Of a DNA stretch of 57,834 nucleotides, positions 55,043 to 57,834 are shown in pieces; positions within the stretch are counted from its first letter, which is position 1, and the number at the start of each line of letters is the position of its first letter. A program made the translations under genes and the position numbers. A model generated the notes under the pieces. The model saw nothing but the letters and a program-made list of their open reading frames with translations. It searched no databases and was not told the DNA's origin. Origin of the DNA: Vitrella brassicaformis CCMP3155. Its lineage: Eukaryota; Protista; Chromerida. The DNA lies in NCBI GenBank assembly GCA_001179505.1, contig CDMY01000523.1, positions 1-57,834 on the forward strand, given 5' to 3'.

Positions 55043-57834
55043 TCTATGATGTGCAGGATGGCAGCGGCAACATCAACAACGTGCTGCACTATCATCGACC
55101 ACCCGCCGCACCATCACCATCACCACCAGCCCCACCAGCCCCATCACCACCAGCCCCATCACCACCAGCCCCAGCCCCTCCAGCCCCAGCCCCTCCAGCC
55201 CCAGTCCCAGCACCCGCACCAACAACGGCATCAACAATAGAACTTCCTGCACGAGTACGTGTCTTTGTTCGTGGCCACAGCCGACGAGGCATTGATTTCA
55301 TCTGCCCACTGTGTGTGTGTGTCCGTGTGTATCACATCAGAGTGGTGACGGTCATCGTCGCCGTCGCCATCCCGCCGATGAGCCGCTCGACTTCTCATCA
55401 TTGCCTGACGTGGAGGGCAGCGGCAGCGACACAGAGGAGGAGCAGGACCAAGGTGAGTGATGGATTGAGGGAGGGAAGAGTGTGTTGGGTGTGAGAACGG
55501 CCAGCCATTCATCGGCCGGTGTGTGTGTGTGTTTTGGTCTGTGGTTGTCAGGCTGCCTGTCGCCCCCTGGGCACCGACACTCGTCGGCAACGGACACCAC
55601 CCGGGCGTCCACAAGCGGGAGTGACAGCTCACCCACAGCACACAACGTAAGCAGCCCCACATCGACCAACAGACAGAGAGATAGAGACACACGCACAGAC
55701 ATGGACACACACGAAGCGCAACGGCTCCTTTGTCTGCCTTTCCTTTCCCTCAGGCCGACCGGTTGCCGCCCACATTGCCCTCGCCGCCTGAGGTGAGTGA
55801 GCAGCCGCCGTCTACCCCTGCCGCTGCCGCTGCTGAGGATGAGGGCCCTTTGGAGAGCGACCGTGACATCGAGCCGCTGGAGCTGCAGGGCAAGGGATGG
55901 GCGAGAAGACGGTCAGTCAACCAGCACCATTGCGGCCTCACACACACGCGACACACACATGTGTGTCTTGATGTGTGCAGGGCGTCTGTGGGCACGCCGA
56001 ATGCCACTGCGAGTTCGAGGACTGCTGACGGGCTCCGGAGAAGTTCGGGAGGTCTGCGCAGATCGTCGGCCGTTGACGCCACTGATGCACTCGGGTATGT
56101 AAGCGCGCACACACATTTTCCCCCTTTATTTTTGTGTGTCTGTGTGCGCGTGTGTGCGTGTAGGGGTCTGTCTGCGCACCAGCCTTCGAATGAGTCGCTG
56201 CGTGAGGATCGGCTCAGACGCGTCGCGTCCCTGTAAGTGCTCGTTGTCGATTGCGGACAGCAAATTCTATTGTTGTGTTGTTGTGTGCGTTGTGGTCAGG
56301 TCTTTGGACCACAAGTGGCCGGAGTCGGTGACGGCCCACCTGCACTCACCCGAAGTGCTCGTCGACCTGCACGTCCCCGTATGTGAATTCTATAATATGC
56401 AGATGAGTGCTGTGTGTGTATGTGTGTGTATGTGTGTGTGTTTGCAGGACGACCGTCTTTCCACCAAGTTGCGGCTGAATGCGGGAGCCTTCATGTACGT
56501 CTGTCTCTTCCACCAGACACACTCGACACGCACTGCCGCCCATCCATCCATTCTTGCATCTCTCTCTCTGTGTGTGTGTGTCTGTGTGTGTGTGCAGGAT
56601 CCCCCACCCCGAGAAGGTCGAGACGGGCGGTGCCGACGCGTATTTCATATGCGAGATCGCCGGTAGGCACATCCATCCATCCATCCATCCATGTGTGTGT
56701 GTATGTGTGTGTATGTGTGTGTGTGTGTGTCTGTGGGTGTAGGCGGTGGTGCCCTTGGCGTGGCTGACGGTGTTGGCGAGTGGGACTCGTTCGGCCTCAG
56801 CCCCAAGATGTTCGCCGACGAGTTGATGCGGGGGTGCCAGCAGGCGGCCATCCTGGCACTGACGGACACCGACACACCAACAGCGTCATCAGCCGCACCA
56901 GCACCAGCAGCAGCAGCTGCTGCTGCTTCTGCTTCGTCGAGCGCTGCTTCCGCTGCTGCCGCTGCCGCTGCCGCAGCGGACACTGAGACGGGAGTGCGAG
57001 AGAAGGACGCCTCTGGTACTCTAACTAATATGCACCATTACAGACACATGGCCTCACACACATGCGTGTGCAAACAAACAGGCTCGCCGACCTGCTCACT
57101 GACCCCCCTCGCGTCGGCCTCGACGGCCTCGTCCAAGACCCACCAACCTTCCCCGAGCAACGGCCACGGCGGCAGCGATGGCGACAGGGGCGACAGCGGC
57201 AACACTGAGGAGGGCGAGACCTACCTGGAGGAGATCAAGTGCATGGACCTGCCGCCCGAGAAGATCGCCCTGAGGTAGGAATATTCTTTGTGTGTGTGTG
57301 TGTGTGTGTGTTGACGGATGGATGGACGGGTGTATCTGTGTGTGTGTAGGATGATGCAATACGGGTACACCTGCACCCGTTCCTACGGCGCATCCACGGC
57401 ACTTGTCGCCTATCTCGACACGAAGGTCAGTGAATGAGCTTTCGTCTTCCACACACCCCTCTATCCATCCATTCATGTGTGTGTGTGTGCAGGGCGAGAA
57501 GCTAGGCGTCGCTATCCTCGGCGACTCGACCATGATACTCCTCAGGTAAGTCAGGCAAGGCACCTGCCTCCATCCATCCATCCATGTGTGTGTCTGTGTG
57601 TGTGTGTGGGTGCGTGCAGACGGCAGAAGGTCTACAGCATGACGGTTGTGTAGCGGACCAAGGAGCAGCAGCACTCCTGGAATTGCCCATACCAGGTGTG
57701 TGGCTGTCTGTCTGTCTCTCTGTCTGCCTACCTACCTGGATGGACGGATGGATGGATGCGTGTGTGTGTGCAGCTGTCTCGACTCCCTGACGAGAGCCGG
57801 TACAACGAGCTCGAGAGGGAGGGCAAGGTGCGCT
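52454..57834 (+). CDS. Tandem CBM48 (AMPK-beta glycogen-binding type) x2 plus Pro-rich linker plus PTC7/PPTC7-type PP2C phosphatase; runs off the window; one in-frame TAG
   Basis: 27 exons are visible and the introns are GT-AG and phase-compatible (first exons 52454-52594, 52781-52876, 53063-53207; last 57493-57545, 57620-about 57695, about 57773-57827). CBM48-1: LKWEMPGKYVEVAGAFPNPAW...GVYQFKYIVDDEWKCD...GNTNN. CBM48-2: LEWKHPAQRTVLLAGSFTEPPW...GSYQFKYIVDDEWKCDP...GNINNVL. PP2C: GGADAYF, ADGVGEW, AILGDS, QQHSWNCPYQ. TAG at 57651-57653 is codon 895. Confidence 0.85.
55090..55225 (+). repeat. Coding Pro/Ala/Ser tandem repeat linker (PAPSP/PAPAP)
   Basis: Degenerate 15-nt CCAGCCCC(A/T)(T/C)CACCA-type units in the exon after CBM48-2. 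Confidence 0.85.

Overview
GC-rich, extremely intron-dense eukaryotic DNA with microsatellite-filled introns. The style, bipartite plastid targeting and BTB/TLDc family expansions suggest a chromerid alveolate such as Vitrella brassicaformis (inference, not verified). All gene models were spliced by hand from GT/GC-AG sites and phase checks. Three zones: (1) 1-20 kb holds modular dispersed repeats, a BTB-domain gene plus its pseudogene paralog, and two TLDc genes, one with RING fingers. (2) 21-33 kb holds conserved genes in head-to-head pairs: plastid-type RbfA, a hypothetical protein, RTF2 and a bacterial-type SulP/STAS transporter. (3) 34-58 kb is a birth-and-death array of at least 6 PTC7/PPTC7-type PP2C phosphatase copies with interspersed starch-binding domains. 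Best candidates for something new: a >=27-exon gene fusing two AMPK-beta-type CBM48 domains to a PTC7 phosphatase (52454 to beyond 57834, with one in-frame TAG), and a neighbouring CBM20 domain spliced in frame onto an F-box-like lineage-specific protein (47533-49432), which forms one arm of an inverted duplication. Many introns pair a 5' (CA)n tract with a 3' (TG)n tract. There are four 300-N assembly gaps. No rRNA, tRNA, CRISPR array or autonomous transposon was recognised.
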